Below, piece by piece: positions 25,897-37,483 of a DNA stretch of 64,000 nt. Within the stretch, counting starts at the first letter, position 1. Every line of letters starts with the position of its first letter. Source of the stretch: Vitrella brassicaformis CCMP3155 (Eukaryota > Protista > Chromerida); contig CDMY01000246.1 in NCBI GenBank assembly GCA_001179505.1, positions 62,001 through 126,000 on the forward strand, written 5' to 3'. Below the pieces are notes generated by a model that was given only the letters and a program-made list of their open reading frames with translations, was not told where the DNA came from and made no database searches. Both the position numbers and the translations under genes were made by a program.

Positions 25897-28577
25897 CTAC
25901 GTGTCGCGGCGCTCAACACACAGAGCGGCGATACGATGGCTGAGCTTGTATGGCCCGCCACTGAGGTTGAGCGCGGCCTGGTTTACCAGGAAACGATGCC
26001 TAAAGTAGTTGGACACGCCGGCGTTGTTAAACTCGACTATAGTCCTCTTGTGGCCCTTTCATCCATCCAACCAACACGACGACAAGCACGGAAACAAACC
26101 CATCACCCAGGGACTACCTGTCGCCTTGTGGAAGTGTATGCTGTCGCGGACCTTCAACTCATCATTGAAGGAAGTCACCATAGCCATGACGTGCTGATAT
26201 AGTGTTTCCAACAGATGAGCCGCCACACCGCCTGGAATGAACGATTCCAAACACCATACACAGAGTCTTTGGCGCCTTTCCGTTCGCCCTCCCTCACCTG
26301 ACACGTAGATAATCACTTCTTCGAGAGTCATGCTGTAATGGCCCCCCCACAGACAGGGGCTCTGGCTGTCGTACAACGGCACGGTGAATGCGCTGGCCGA
26401 CAGGCTTAGCAGCTCCACATCTAGGCTCCTCTCCCTCCCCCTGCTAGTCATCTCCTTCTGCAGCTTGTGGAGGAACTGCCACACCTCACTGACAGGCGCG
26501 TTGAGGACGCCCCCGTGATGCTCGTCTCCTCCCTCGATTTTGTACAGGTTGGGCATGCGCGAGGCGACCTCGAGAACCCTCTTCTTTTTGGTGTTGTTGG
26601 CGAGGGCGTCGCCTGCCAGCCGCAGGGTGTGGGCGGTCGGGAATGTGTCGTCGGTGACGGCCAGAGAATGGGCCTCATCGTCGAATCCGCGATAGGTCAC
26701 GATGCAAGCGACCTTGGCGCATTCGCAAATGGTCCTCTGCGCTGTGGGAGTGCCAAGGCTGCTGCGGCTGGTGGAGAGAATCTCCGCATCGATTTCGCCA
26801 TTCGAGTAACCGAAGCCCATGATGTGCTGAGAAAGCGCATCGGGATGCGCGACGGCTTCACTGCAGAAATACACGCAGTCGAGAGGACGTGAGCAGAAAT
26901 TATCTACATGCTTTTGCTTAGGTGTCCTTACACGAGCTGTGCCGTCTTCTGCAGTATCTCCCAGTGCTCGTCTGTGTCCCGCAGCACCTCGCCAATGTCG
27001 ATCTTGAGCTCTCTGATGGACCGCTTCACGCCCCTCGCCACCAGCACCTCACGCAGCCTGTCGATGTCGTCAAGGCTGCCAGCCTGCCAGTACCCCCTGT
27101 AGGGATAGCCTGCCACTGCCAGCCCCCGCAGTGTGCGGAGGCCCGAGAGTGAGTGCGGCGGCAGCTCACTGAGCGCACCCACCATTTCACCGCAGCCAAC
27201 TTCTGAATCGATGACGTCCAGCACTTCAAGCCCGCCACAGTCCGCCAGCCGTGCCTTCGCATTCTCCATATGCACACCGTCGGATGGAAAGTGACCAAAC
27301 CGCCGCAGGCCGAGGGTCTTGATCCCACGTGTGCGCCAATTGCGGCCCGCGCGAGCGGACGCGCACTCGTCGGGTATGTTGGCGACCGTCTTGAGTGCCG
27401 GCAGGTGGACGGGGGCGGCGGGGGCGGGGGGCAGATCATGTGAGGGGGGACGGCGGGAGATGTCACCAAAGGCCATGCAGCGGTCGAATGACAAGACTGC
27501 CAGTGTGCCCTCATCGTCCGGGTCATCGCCATCGTGCCCCCCTGCCGCGGCAGCAGCTGTCCCCTCCCCTCCTTCCCTCTCTCGTATCTTCTTTTCTGCC
27601 ACGGACACCCGGCCGCTCGCGTGACCCTCCACCAAACTCGCCCAGGTCCCGCGACACCAGCCCTCCCCCATCTCGGGATGGCGGTGCTTGACCTCTCGAA
27701 TGTTGATCGATCTGCGCCCCCATCTGTGTGCCACGGGCAGCGGCATGGCCGCCCACATGGGCCGCGCCGTGTCGTTCTCCCAGTCGATGACCAGTTTGGT
27801 GTAGTTGGCGGCCGACTGATGGAAGAGGGGCGTGCCGAGGGGCCGGCGGTAGCGCGTCAGCTCCCATGGCTGCAGGTGGCCGAACACGTTGGAGAGTGCG
27901 TCACGGGACAGACGAAGGCGAGCCTGAAGTGTCAACGAACAGGACATCGATAGGTCAATTCGATGTCCAAATCTATGATGGTGCCATTCTGACCGCTCCT
28001 TGGTGGATGGGTGCATTGCCGCTCCTATGCACTAGACGATACGACGGACGCCTCTCCGCAGCCACCTGACAACACACCACCCGTATGCACAGACCGTTGT
28101 GGCCATTCTTCGTGCGCACCTCTGTCTGCCCATCGGTTGCTGCGGCTGCCGGGCAGGTGGTAGGCGGTGCGTCCCCTGCTGGTGTGAGCGCATCTACGGC
28201 ACTGGAGAGGGCGGGTGCCAAGCACGACAGCTGGTTGACAGAGGCCGTGCAGTGGCCGGCCAGCAGCGACAGCTGAAGGCGCAACGACTCATGACAAGAC
28301 GCCTGCAGTGTTGAGAAGAAACAAAGGAGACCACAAGTCAGTCCACCAATCGGGCCACACAGCCCTGACTGACTGACCTGTGCAGGGTCTTCATTGGACA
28401 GCTCCAGCTGCTTGATCTGCGACAGACAGCCACCAACCTGCACCAAACACACCACACAGAAGTCAAGCTGTGTGAGCACATGGGCTTCTCAACCACGTGT
28501 ATCTTCATGCTCACCTTTGACTGCAGTTGCAGCAGCTGGTCCAGGCTGTGCTCGATGCCCGCCGCCTCAGACTTCAG
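25897..28577 (-). CDS. Lineage-specific coiled-coil + F-box-like + LRR-like protein, copy 2 (apparently intact; start exon lies in the gap)
   Basis: Open through ARLRLSRDALSNVFGHLQPWELTRYRRPLG...WCRGTWASLVEGH...VHLPALKTV...QKTAQL|, SEAVAHP...MPNLYKI..., GGVAAHLLETLYQHVMAMVTSFNDELK| and GHKRTIVEF...GGPYKLSHRIAALCVERRDT-TAG (25897-25899). Confidence 0.8.
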
Positions 28578-28630
28578 CTGCAAGATCACACACACACGAA
28601 GACCATGACAAACAAACTCATGCCAGCCTC

Positions 28631-28930
28631 NNNNNNNNNNNNNNNNNNNNNNNNNNNNNNNNNNNNNNNNNNNNNNNNNNNNNNNNNNNNNNNNNNNNNN
28701 NNNNNNNNNNNNNNNNNNNNNNNNNNNNNNNNNNNNNNNNNNNNNNNNNNNNNNNNNNNNNNNNNNNNNNNNNNNNNNNNNNNNNNNNNNNNNNNNNNNN
28801 NNNNNNNNNNNNNNNNNNNNNNNNNNNNNNNNNNNNNNNNNNNNNNNNNNNNNNNNNNNNNNNNNNNNNNNNNNNNNNNNNNNNNNNNNNNNNNNNNNNN
28901 NNNNNNNNNNNNNNNNNNNNNNNNNNNNNN
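28631..28930. other. Assembly gap (300 N)
   Basis: Run of N. By homology to 4862-5139, about 278 bp are missing, including the family-gene start exon. Confidence 1.
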
Positions 28931-29108
28931 GCAGCCAATTGGCGGCAGCTCATCCGGCCACAGTCGAGCCGTCCTGAGAACAGCTCATCAGACGGCCAGC
29001 GCGAGCGGGTCAGCCGCTCCCCACAGGCCTGCAGGGGCTCAACGGCATAGCAGCTGTTGACAGGCCCACCGTCCATCTGGGAGGCCCAGCCAGGGCAACG
29101 CACTCGCC

Positions 29109-31471
29109 ATGTCGGCGTGCGAGGTTGACCTATACAACGACCCGACTCTCTATGACAAGTACGATGTCGTTGGTGAGCTGGGCGCCGGTTCGTTCGGCAA
29201 GGTGGTGCTGGTGTGGGAGAAGGGCAAAGGGCCGGCGGGCCGTCTGTTCGCGGCCAAGGTCCAGGACTTCTCGACCTGCTGGGAGGGTATCCCTGTCGAG
29301 GCGGTCCGCGACGTGGTGAGGTTGGGAGGCAGGGAGGGAGGGGTGGGTGGGCGTGTGATGTGTGGCGGGTGTGGATGTGTGTGTGGCTGTGAGTGATGCA
29401 GGCCATTCTGACTAAGATGAAGCACGAGAATGTGGCCAAGGTGTTCGAGGCCTGGGTGTCTGGCGAGGAGGGGCGGCTCTACATGGTCATGGAGTATGCC
29501 TCCGGCGGCGACCTCTTCAGGTTCCTCCGCCGCATGTTCCCACCGGTGAGCAAACCAGCAAACAGACCAAGGAAACCGACAGAGCCGACGGATGGACCCT
29601 CGTGTGTATGTGTGTACTCTGCTGTCATGCATTCGCGAATGCAGCGAAAGGTCAAAGTGGATCGGATTCTGCCGCCCGAGCAGGTCAAGCGCTATATGTT
29701 CCAGGTACCTGAGAGAGAGGCACACACAGCCATGGGATGCCCCCCCCTCTGCTGTGTGTGTTGGATTGGACAGCTGCTGTTGTCGTTGGCCCACGTTCAC
29801 TCGCACGACATCGCCCATCGCGACCTCAAACCCGCTAACGTGCTGCTCAACAAGAGCACCACACCTGGACGGTATGCGACATTCCCCCCCGCCCAAACGC
29901 GTCAACCAAACCCACACACCACACACCCACACACACGTTTGTCCGTTTACGTGTCTGTGTCCGTTTACGTGTCTGTGTGGATGCAGTGAGAAGTTGTTGT
30001 TAACCGATCTCGGCCACGGCCGTCTCCTGGACAGCCTCGGCGCCCCGCCCGTCCGACACACCGTAAACACCGCACTGACCCAGCGGCACCATGTGTCAGC
30101 GACACGTGTGAATCCGTTGTCCCATTCATCAGAACCCGACTGAGTTGGGGACGCCATCGTACAGAGCGCCGGAGGTGGTGCTGGGGCAGCGGACACACGG
30201 GACGGCCGTGGACATCTGGGCTGCTGGTATGAGGGCGGGAGGAGGGACTTACACATGGCACCTGCGGGATGCTTATTGTGTGTCCAATTGTGTCTGTCTG
30301 TCTGTCTGTCTGTGTGCAGGCTGCATATTGGCTGAGATGCTCGGATGCCGTCGCTCGCCCTTCGATGTGAGTCAGCCACTAGCCGGCTCACCGAGCCATG
30401 CACACACACACAGCCACACACAGCCACACACACACAGACAGAGATAAGTGTGTGTGTGTCTGTGTGTATGTGTGTTAGTGTCCTGTGGGTTCTGACTACG
30501 GCTCTCTGATTAAGATGATCGATTTGCTGGGGCTGCCGCCGCACAGCAGACTGCGGGTGCTCAACCTGCCGCTGTATAACTCACACGTATGGACACACGA
30601 AACCAAAGCACCACACACACCACACACACGAGTCCGTCCGGCTGTGTGTCTGTGTGTCTGTGCAGTACCTCATCCTGCCGCGGATTCCGCAGCGGAGCAA
30701 GGCCGAGGTGCGCGCCAAGCTCCAGAAGACCCTGGCCGAGGGCGAGAACGGCGTGACCATCACTGACGAGGAGTTCGACTTCCTCTATGAGTAAGTCAGA
30801 CCATCAGGCATCCTCCCTCCCTCCCTCCCTCCCTCCCATGGCTGCATTCCTCTGTCAACTGTGTGTGTCAGTCTGATTAGGTTTGACCCTGCTGAGCGTG
30901 TGACGGCGGCGGAGGCGGTCAACCACCCCTACTTTGACGACCTGGACAAACAGGTACCCAGCCAACCACACCACCAGAAGTGCACCTATCCCTCACACGC
31001 AGCCCTCTCCACCTCTCCTGGCCCATTCATTTGTGTGTGTCTGTGTGTGTGTGTTGGGTGCAGGAGTTTCAGCACTGGGCGGCTGACGTCGGCAGCCAGT
31101 TCATCCAGCCCTACACGCCGCACATCGAGGTGGAGCCGGTCTACGAGCCGCCCTCCATCGAGGCGGCCCACGCTCAGACACCTCCCCCTGCTACACCTCC
31201 CCCTGCTGCCATCGCTGCCGCTGCCGTAGTCCCTGCTCCTGCTGCTGTCCAAGAGCAGCCCCAGGACAACGGCCGCCGATACCACATGCGCCCCCGGCGC
31301 AATAAGAAGCGGGCGCCGCCGGGTGCTGTGGATGGCGGGGTGCAGCACGGCGAGGGCGGGGGTTTGGTGATGGCGGGCGAGGCCAAGAAGGGCCGTCTGC
31401 AGGCGGACAAGGGACAGGACGGTGGGGCTAATGAGGTGGAGAGGAAGCGCAAGAAGCGCAAGGTGGGCTAA
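29109..31471 (+). CDS. CDK-like (CMGC) Ser/Thr kinase, copy B, intact
   Basis: Exons join in frame at GT-AG sites: GAGSFGKV, FAAKVQ, EGIPVEAVRDV|AILTKMKHENV, HRDLKPANVLL, TDLGHGR, NPTELGTPSYRAPE, DIWAAG|CILAEML, YD-LIRFDPAER and KRKKRKVG-TAA. Confidence 0.9.
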
Positions 31472-32149
31472 CTGCCCCTCGCGCACACAAACGATAGCAA
31501 AAGTGTGAGTAGCTGTCGTACACTGAGCTGGGCGGTGGGGGGGATGTAGAGGGGGAGGGGAGGGGAGGGGACAATGGCCGTGCGTGATGGATGGATGGAC
31601 AAATGGATTGATGGATGGGCGAGACAGACAGACAGACGTGATGCATACAGACATGTACCTGGTGTGAATGAATGGGACCGACCGATCCACGGGCCGGCCA
31701 AGAGGCAATCAAACAAACAGGGGCAATGACACCTGAAAGGGTGCACGCGTGACGGTCGCCACTGAGAATTCAGGAGACAGGCGAGGCGATGCAAGGCTGA
31801 CAGCACTCAGGCAGGCACTAGAAACCAATCCTCACTGACGCACCCATCCATTTCATTGCACACGCACACGCATACGCATACCAGCGGCAGGAAGGAGTGC
31901 ATGAGGGAGGGACGTCTACCCATCCATGAGCAGCTGCCACCGCCCCGCCCGTCCATGACAGCATAGGAGGACCGAGGGGGCCGTGGGTGGGTGCTGTCTG
32001 TCTGTCTGTCAGTCTGTCTGTCTGTTCATCCGCAGCTGTCCACCATGCTATCAGCTGCTCCCTCACGCAGCATCGCCCCGAGCACCCACCCCCGAGCCCT
32101 TTGCCGGTCGATGTCCTCACCTACGGGAAGCCATTCATCTGAGGGATGG

Positions 32150-34901
32150 TCACGTGCGGCGCTCGACAACCAGCCCGTCGCCATCGAAGCTGAGCTTGTA
32201 CGGCCCGCCGCTGAAGTTGAGGGAGGCCTGCTCAGCCAGGAAACGCCGCTCGAAGTCGGTGCGCACGCCATTCTCGTCTTCAAATTCTACTATGGTCTTC
32301 TTGTGACCCTGTCATTAATTCCACCAAGAGGAGAGTGGGCACACACACACCACCCGGCAGCTGTCTGTGTGTGGTGTGTGTGCGGCGCACCTTGAGCTCG
32401 TTGCTGAATGAAGCCACCGAGGCCATCACGCGCAGGTAGAAGGTCTCCAATTCGTCATCCTCTACACCGCCTACAGCGAGTGGCGAGTGAACACAGACAC
32501 CACACAGAGATGTCATGTGTGCTGGTTCTCCCATCCCCCCTCACCATGCACGTGGATCGTCACGTCCTCGATCGGCGGCAGCTTGTCGTTGGTGCGCCGC
32601 CCCCACAGACACGGGCTCTGGTGGTCGTCAGCGAATTCATTCGTCAGCGGATTCAGATCCACCGCGAGGCTCCTCTCCCTCCCCTTGCTGACCAGCGCCG
32701 CCTGCAGCCGCTCGAGAAACATCCACACGTCACCAGCCGGCGCGTTCAGCAACTGCCCGTCCCCATCTGATCCCTTGATGTGTGACAGGTTGGGCATGTG
32801 CGAGGCGATCTCGACTGCCCGCTCCTTCTTGGCCTCATCGTCGAGGGCAACGTTCAGCAGCAGCAGGGTGTGGGCGGCTGGGAATGTGTCGTCAGTGATG
32901 ACTGCAGGGACGGCCTCGTCGAATCCCCTGTAGGCGACGATGTGGGCTGTCTTGGCGAGCTCGCCGACGAGCTTCTGGACAGTGGGGGTCCCGGTGCTGC
33001 TGCTGCGCGAGAGTATCTCGGCGTCGATCTGCCCATCCCTGTCACACTCACGCATAATTGGCTGTGACAGCGCCTCGGGATGCGCGACGGCGTCACTGCA
33101 GAGAAGCATCAAAAAGACGAGCACATCGGTATACGTCACGTGTACTTGGCCCTGTACTTGGCCCATTCCCCATCTGACGCGTTCTTACACGAGTTGTGCC
33201 GTGTTCTGCAGTCTGTTCCAGTAGCGTCTCCCAGTAGCTTGGTCTATCTCAAGCTCTCGAAGGGACCGGCTGACGCCCCTCGCCACCAGCACCTCACGCA
33301 GTCGGTCGATGTCGGCGGGGCTGCTATCCATCTCGACGCCGCGCAGTGTGCGAAGCGCTGCGAGCGACTTCCCGTCAGCGGGCAGCGCACTCAGCACACT
33401 GGCCGCATCGTCATCGTCCCACCGGAGCTCGAGCACCTCAATGGCCTCAAAGTCGCCCACCCATGCCCTCGCACCCTCCACCTCAGCTGAAAGGTCTCGA
33501 ATGATGAGCGTCTTGACAGCGGGCGTCAGCCACTGGCGGCCCTCGCGAGCCGAAAGGCACACGCCGGGTATGTTGTCGACGGTCTTGAGTGCCGGCAGGT
33601 GGACGGGGGCGGAGGGGGCGGCGGGCAGGGCAGATGACGGGGGAGGGTAGGGGATGTCGTTGCGAATGCTGTCGTCGAGCTCGACCTCCTCGAATGACAG
33701 CACCTCCAATGTGCCCTCGTCGGCCGACCAGCTGCCATCATCATCTTGCTCTGCCGCGGCAGCAGCTGTCCCCTCCCCGCCCTCCCTCTCTCGTCGTTTC
33801 TTCTCTGCGATTTCCGCCCTGCCGACGGCGTGTCCCTCCACTAATGCCACCTAGGTGCCGCGACACCAAGCCCATCGCCACTCGGGGTAGCGGCGCCTGA
33901 TCTCTCGCACGTTGGTCGCCCTCTTGCCCCATCTCTGCGCCACGGCCAGTGGCATGGTCCCCCACATGCGCCGCGCCTTGTCGTCCTTACAGTCTATGAC
34001 CAGGTTGGTGTAGTTGGCGGCCGACTGATGGTAGAGGGTCGTGCCGAGGGGCCGGCAGTGGCGGGCCAGCTCCCATGGCTGCAGGTGGCCGAGCACGTTG
34101 GAGAGCTCATCGCGGGACAGACGGAGGCGAGCCTAAGGCCGATACATATGACACACGTGTGACTGAATGCAAAAGGGATGCTCGTGTGCGTCATCACTCA
34201 CCGGTCCAATGTTGATGGGCAGCTGGCCACTCTCGTAGATCAAACGATAGGACCTCTCAGCAGGAGCAGCCTGAACCTCACACGCACACACCACATGCAG
34301 CAATCCTCTCTGCATAGAGCCCTCTGTGGTCGTGCAGGTGTACCTGTGGCTGCTCCTCTACGGTGTCTACTGGTGCCTCGGCGGGCGGCTCAGCGGCCGT
34401 CGCTATGAGGGCATCCACTGCAGTGGCCAGCAGGGGCTCCACTGTCGACAGCTGGGTGGCGGCAGCGTTGCACTGAGCAGTGAGGAGGGACAAGTGGACA
34501 CGCAGCTCGCGAGTCGAGGCCTGCATGGACAGCCAGAAAGCAAAACGCATGATTCATCAGAGAGAGAGGGGCGAGGCGAAGATAAGGATTCACACCACTG
34601 TGTCGTTATTCGCAGGCTCCGTCCGCTGCTTGATCTGCGTGAGGTGTTCATTAACCTGAGAGAGAGGAAGCAGTGGCAGCGGTGAGCGAGTGAGACCATG
34701 TATGGCTGCTGTGTTTGGCTGAAATACCTTTGTCTGAAGTTGCATGAGGCGTTTCAGGCTCTCGCTCGCCAACTGAGCATCCTCCCGAAGCTGCCGCTGC
34801 TGCATCAAACGACCAGGCAACACACACAGCAGCCGAAAGGTGAAAGGCGCTGCGTGTGTTTTAACGCCTGCTTTCATCTTCCTCACCTCGTTTGCATCCA
34901 T
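32150..34901 (-). pseudogene. Lineage-specific coiled-coil + F-box-like + LRR-like protein, copy 3 (single nonsense codon)
   Basis: ATG MDANE| at 34901. In-frame TAG at 33851-33853 replaces the Trp of WCRGTW conserved in the other three copies. Remaining exons are open and end VVERRT-TGA (32150-32152). Confidence 0.75.
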
Positions 34902-35123
34902 TCTGTTGACCGCCGTCAGGGATTAAGGCCCTCCGAGGCCCCTCCTAGGACGCAGAGGCGACGCCCTGCGATCGAATGACATCTGCCGCCTCTGCCGTCA
35001 TCACACGAAGGTTTCCCAGCACGGTTGACCTCGTCTGACGCAAGATCTACGGCATTTGATGGAAAAAAACGAACGCCCTTTCCAGCTCGCAATTTTGAAG
35101 GTGGGTGAGGTGAAATAGCGATA

Positions 35124-37403
35124 ATGTCGGAGCCTAAGAAGCGGAAGGGGCCGCCTGATGGTGACAGTGACGATCAGCTTCCCTTTCGGTCCACTCGGCC
35201 AGCCTTTGTCAGCGATGCGCTCCGCTCCATCGCTTGCCACTTCGACGACGCCGGACGGGCCCTCGCATTCAAGCAACAGGCCCTCGAAGAGATGCAGATC
35301 GCCAAACAGCGGCTGTTGAATGATACTGGCTGGCGGGAGGATGCCGCCGGCGACGCCAACCAGAAGCTGTACCTGTCAGTGGGCGGCACTCAGCGTGACG
35401 TTCCTCGCGGCTGGCTGACCAAGAAGGCCGACAGTCTGCTGGCGTTCATCTTCAGCGGCCATCTCGACGGGCGGCTGGTTCGCTGCACCGACGGATCCAA
35501 TCGCATCTTCCTGGACCTTGACGGCGCTATCTTCGACAAGTTCCTGGACGCTCTGGCAACATTCGACGGCAGCAGCAGGGCGAGTCAGGCGCAGATCAGA
35601 GGTGAGCTCGGTGAGGCGTTCTTCTTCGATGCGCTGCTCAACAATCCCCTCCCCAACGTCACCCCCTCCCCCGGCCCCCCTCCCTCACACACGGACGCAC
35701 CAGCTATGCCCCCTCAGATGCTCGAGGCCATGCCGTCAGGCGCCGCCATCATGGAAGACATCAAGTCGGTGTGTGTTGGGTACATGAAGGAGCATGCGGC
35801 CATTGACGCGCAGATCGATGACGTCAAGTGTACCATGCGGCAGCTAGAGGATCGCATGAAGCTGGCTGAGCCCTGGCTGCAGCCGTCGACGGGGGGCGGG
35901 GTGGGGGTGGTGAGTCTGAGTGTAGTCGGGATGACGCTTAGCACGACCACGGCCACTGTAGAGGCGTGTGGCGGAGACGACTCGCCATTCGCAAATCGCT
36001 TCAATGGGTGAGTACGGACACGACACATGCTAAGGGCAACACACGTGTGAACGCTTGTTTGCTCTTGCCTTAGGTCCTCGTTGGACGCCACCTCACCAGC
36101 GATTGTCCGCAAGGCCATCAATTTCGCCCGCCAACACCGCCTTGCACCCTCCCAATCCCTCGCCATCCCCACCTTACAGGGTTCATCGGCCAACGGCACG
36201 CTGGAGCTGCGCCGGACACTCGAGATGTTCGGTCTCATCGGGCCGCATGGGCACTGTGTGCAGCGCATCGCACCGTCAACTCATTTTGGAGGTCCGGGGA
36301 TGGGGATGTTAGCGGGGCGGGCGGAGCTGAATAGGCTTGTGGGCTGGCTTGAGGAGGAATGGAACAAACCTGTAGAGGACATACGGTGCACATACAGGTA
36401 CGCACGCGGATGTGGATAGGCGGAAGTACGCTGGCAACATGGATGTCTTTGTTCCTCAGTTGTTCGTCGGCAACCGCGTACGATGGCGCCGCCTTCCTGG
36501 CGAGCATCCCAGCACCCGAGGCGGAGAAGGGCTGGGTGAGTATGGCAGACGACAGCAATGCAAGCAGGTGGATACACTCGACACATGGTGCATTGCTGTG
36601 TCTGGATGTGCAGGTGTTCTTGTTGAAGAAGGGTCAGGAGGTGGTGGGTGCAGCCTGCCCCTTGGGGCTTAAAAAGGACACGAAATGGCTCCGTGCGGGG
36701 TACGTCATCATTTTGTGTGCAGCACGTGAGCACGTGAGCACGTGTGCACTCTTGTGTGTGTTGGCAATGAGCGCAGGTTGGCCACACCGCGTCAGAGGCG
36801 TCGCCGGCGGCGGGACGATGTTAGTAGTGAAGACGATTTTACTATCGTGGATGACGATTCCGATGAGGACGAGTTCCCTCCAACACCACCACGTGAGCCG
36901 ATGGTCACAGGTACGAGCCAACGGTCTTCCAGAGGCATATTGGTTGTGGGTGTGGGTGGCTTGGGCCTGTGTCAGGAGAGCCCGGGGGGCTCCCGGAGGA
37001 GCTGATGAAGATCGAGAACGCGGATGAGTGTACCGACTACCACCGCTCTTCGCAGGAGCCGATTCCCTTCCTCTGCAAGCTGGCCGACCCCGACCACCCC
37101 GACACCGTCACAAAGACGACAGGAGACCGATCGAGGGTCGTCGTCAGCAAGAGGGAACCGATCCTCGGTGACCGAGCGTTGAAGATCAGTGTACTGTCTT
37201 TGGGAGAGAAGGCCTTCTTCCACGGTCTCTCTGTGCACCTGACGTTCCCCTTTTACCCTGGCGTTTGTGCATTCAGTCAGACAGAGAGACCTCTCTTAAG
37301 CGGTGCACCAGCCATCCAGGGGTGCAATCAGATTGTGCGTGGAGGGTGGGATTTGGTCGAGGTGTGGCAGGTGTCCTACATGGGGCAGAGAGCCACGACA
37401 TAG
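35124..37403 (+). CDS. KCTD-type tandem BTB/POZ + TLDc-like domain protein
   Basis: BTB1: KLYLSVGGTQRDVPRGWLTKKADSLLAFIFSG...RIFLDLDGAIFDKFLDAL. BTB2-like: VVSLSVVGMTLSTTTATVEAC...SPFANRF...SPAIVRKAINFAR. TLDc-like: LVGWLEEEW...CTYR|CSSATAYDGAAF...FLLKKGQEVVGAAC...FLCKL...WDLVEVWQV. Confidence 0.75.
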
Positions 37404-37483
37404 CTATGTTTGGGGGGACGGGACGTACATTCATGATGGACAGACATGTCGCGGGTGTACAGTGATGATAATATTACTATCAA

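Larger units (their letters stand above)
28010..31660 (-). repeat. Right arm of the inverted segmental duplication
   Basis: Reverse complement of about 520-4050 and 4414-5781. High identity ends abruptly at ggcaatgcac (28010 / 5781). Confidence 0.9.

Noticed and set aside
29940-29980. Short tandem repeats (18-bp duplicate gtccgtttacgtgtctgt; 12-bp duplicate near 33141) as CRISPR-like or regulatory arrays
   Set aside because: Only two adjacent units with no spacers, located in introns. They are ordinary slippage duplications.
520-31660. Composite transposon or Polinton-like element with terminal inverted repeats carrying VPS13
   Set aside because: The arms consist of ordinary intron-containing genes. 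No transposase, integrase, short TIR or target-site duplication was seen.
33851-33853. In-frame TAG at a conserved Trp as evidence of stop-codon reassignment
   Set aside because: TAG, TAA and TGA all serve as true terminators elsewhere in the window (e.g. 47509, 31469, 42132). A single G-to-A transition explains it.
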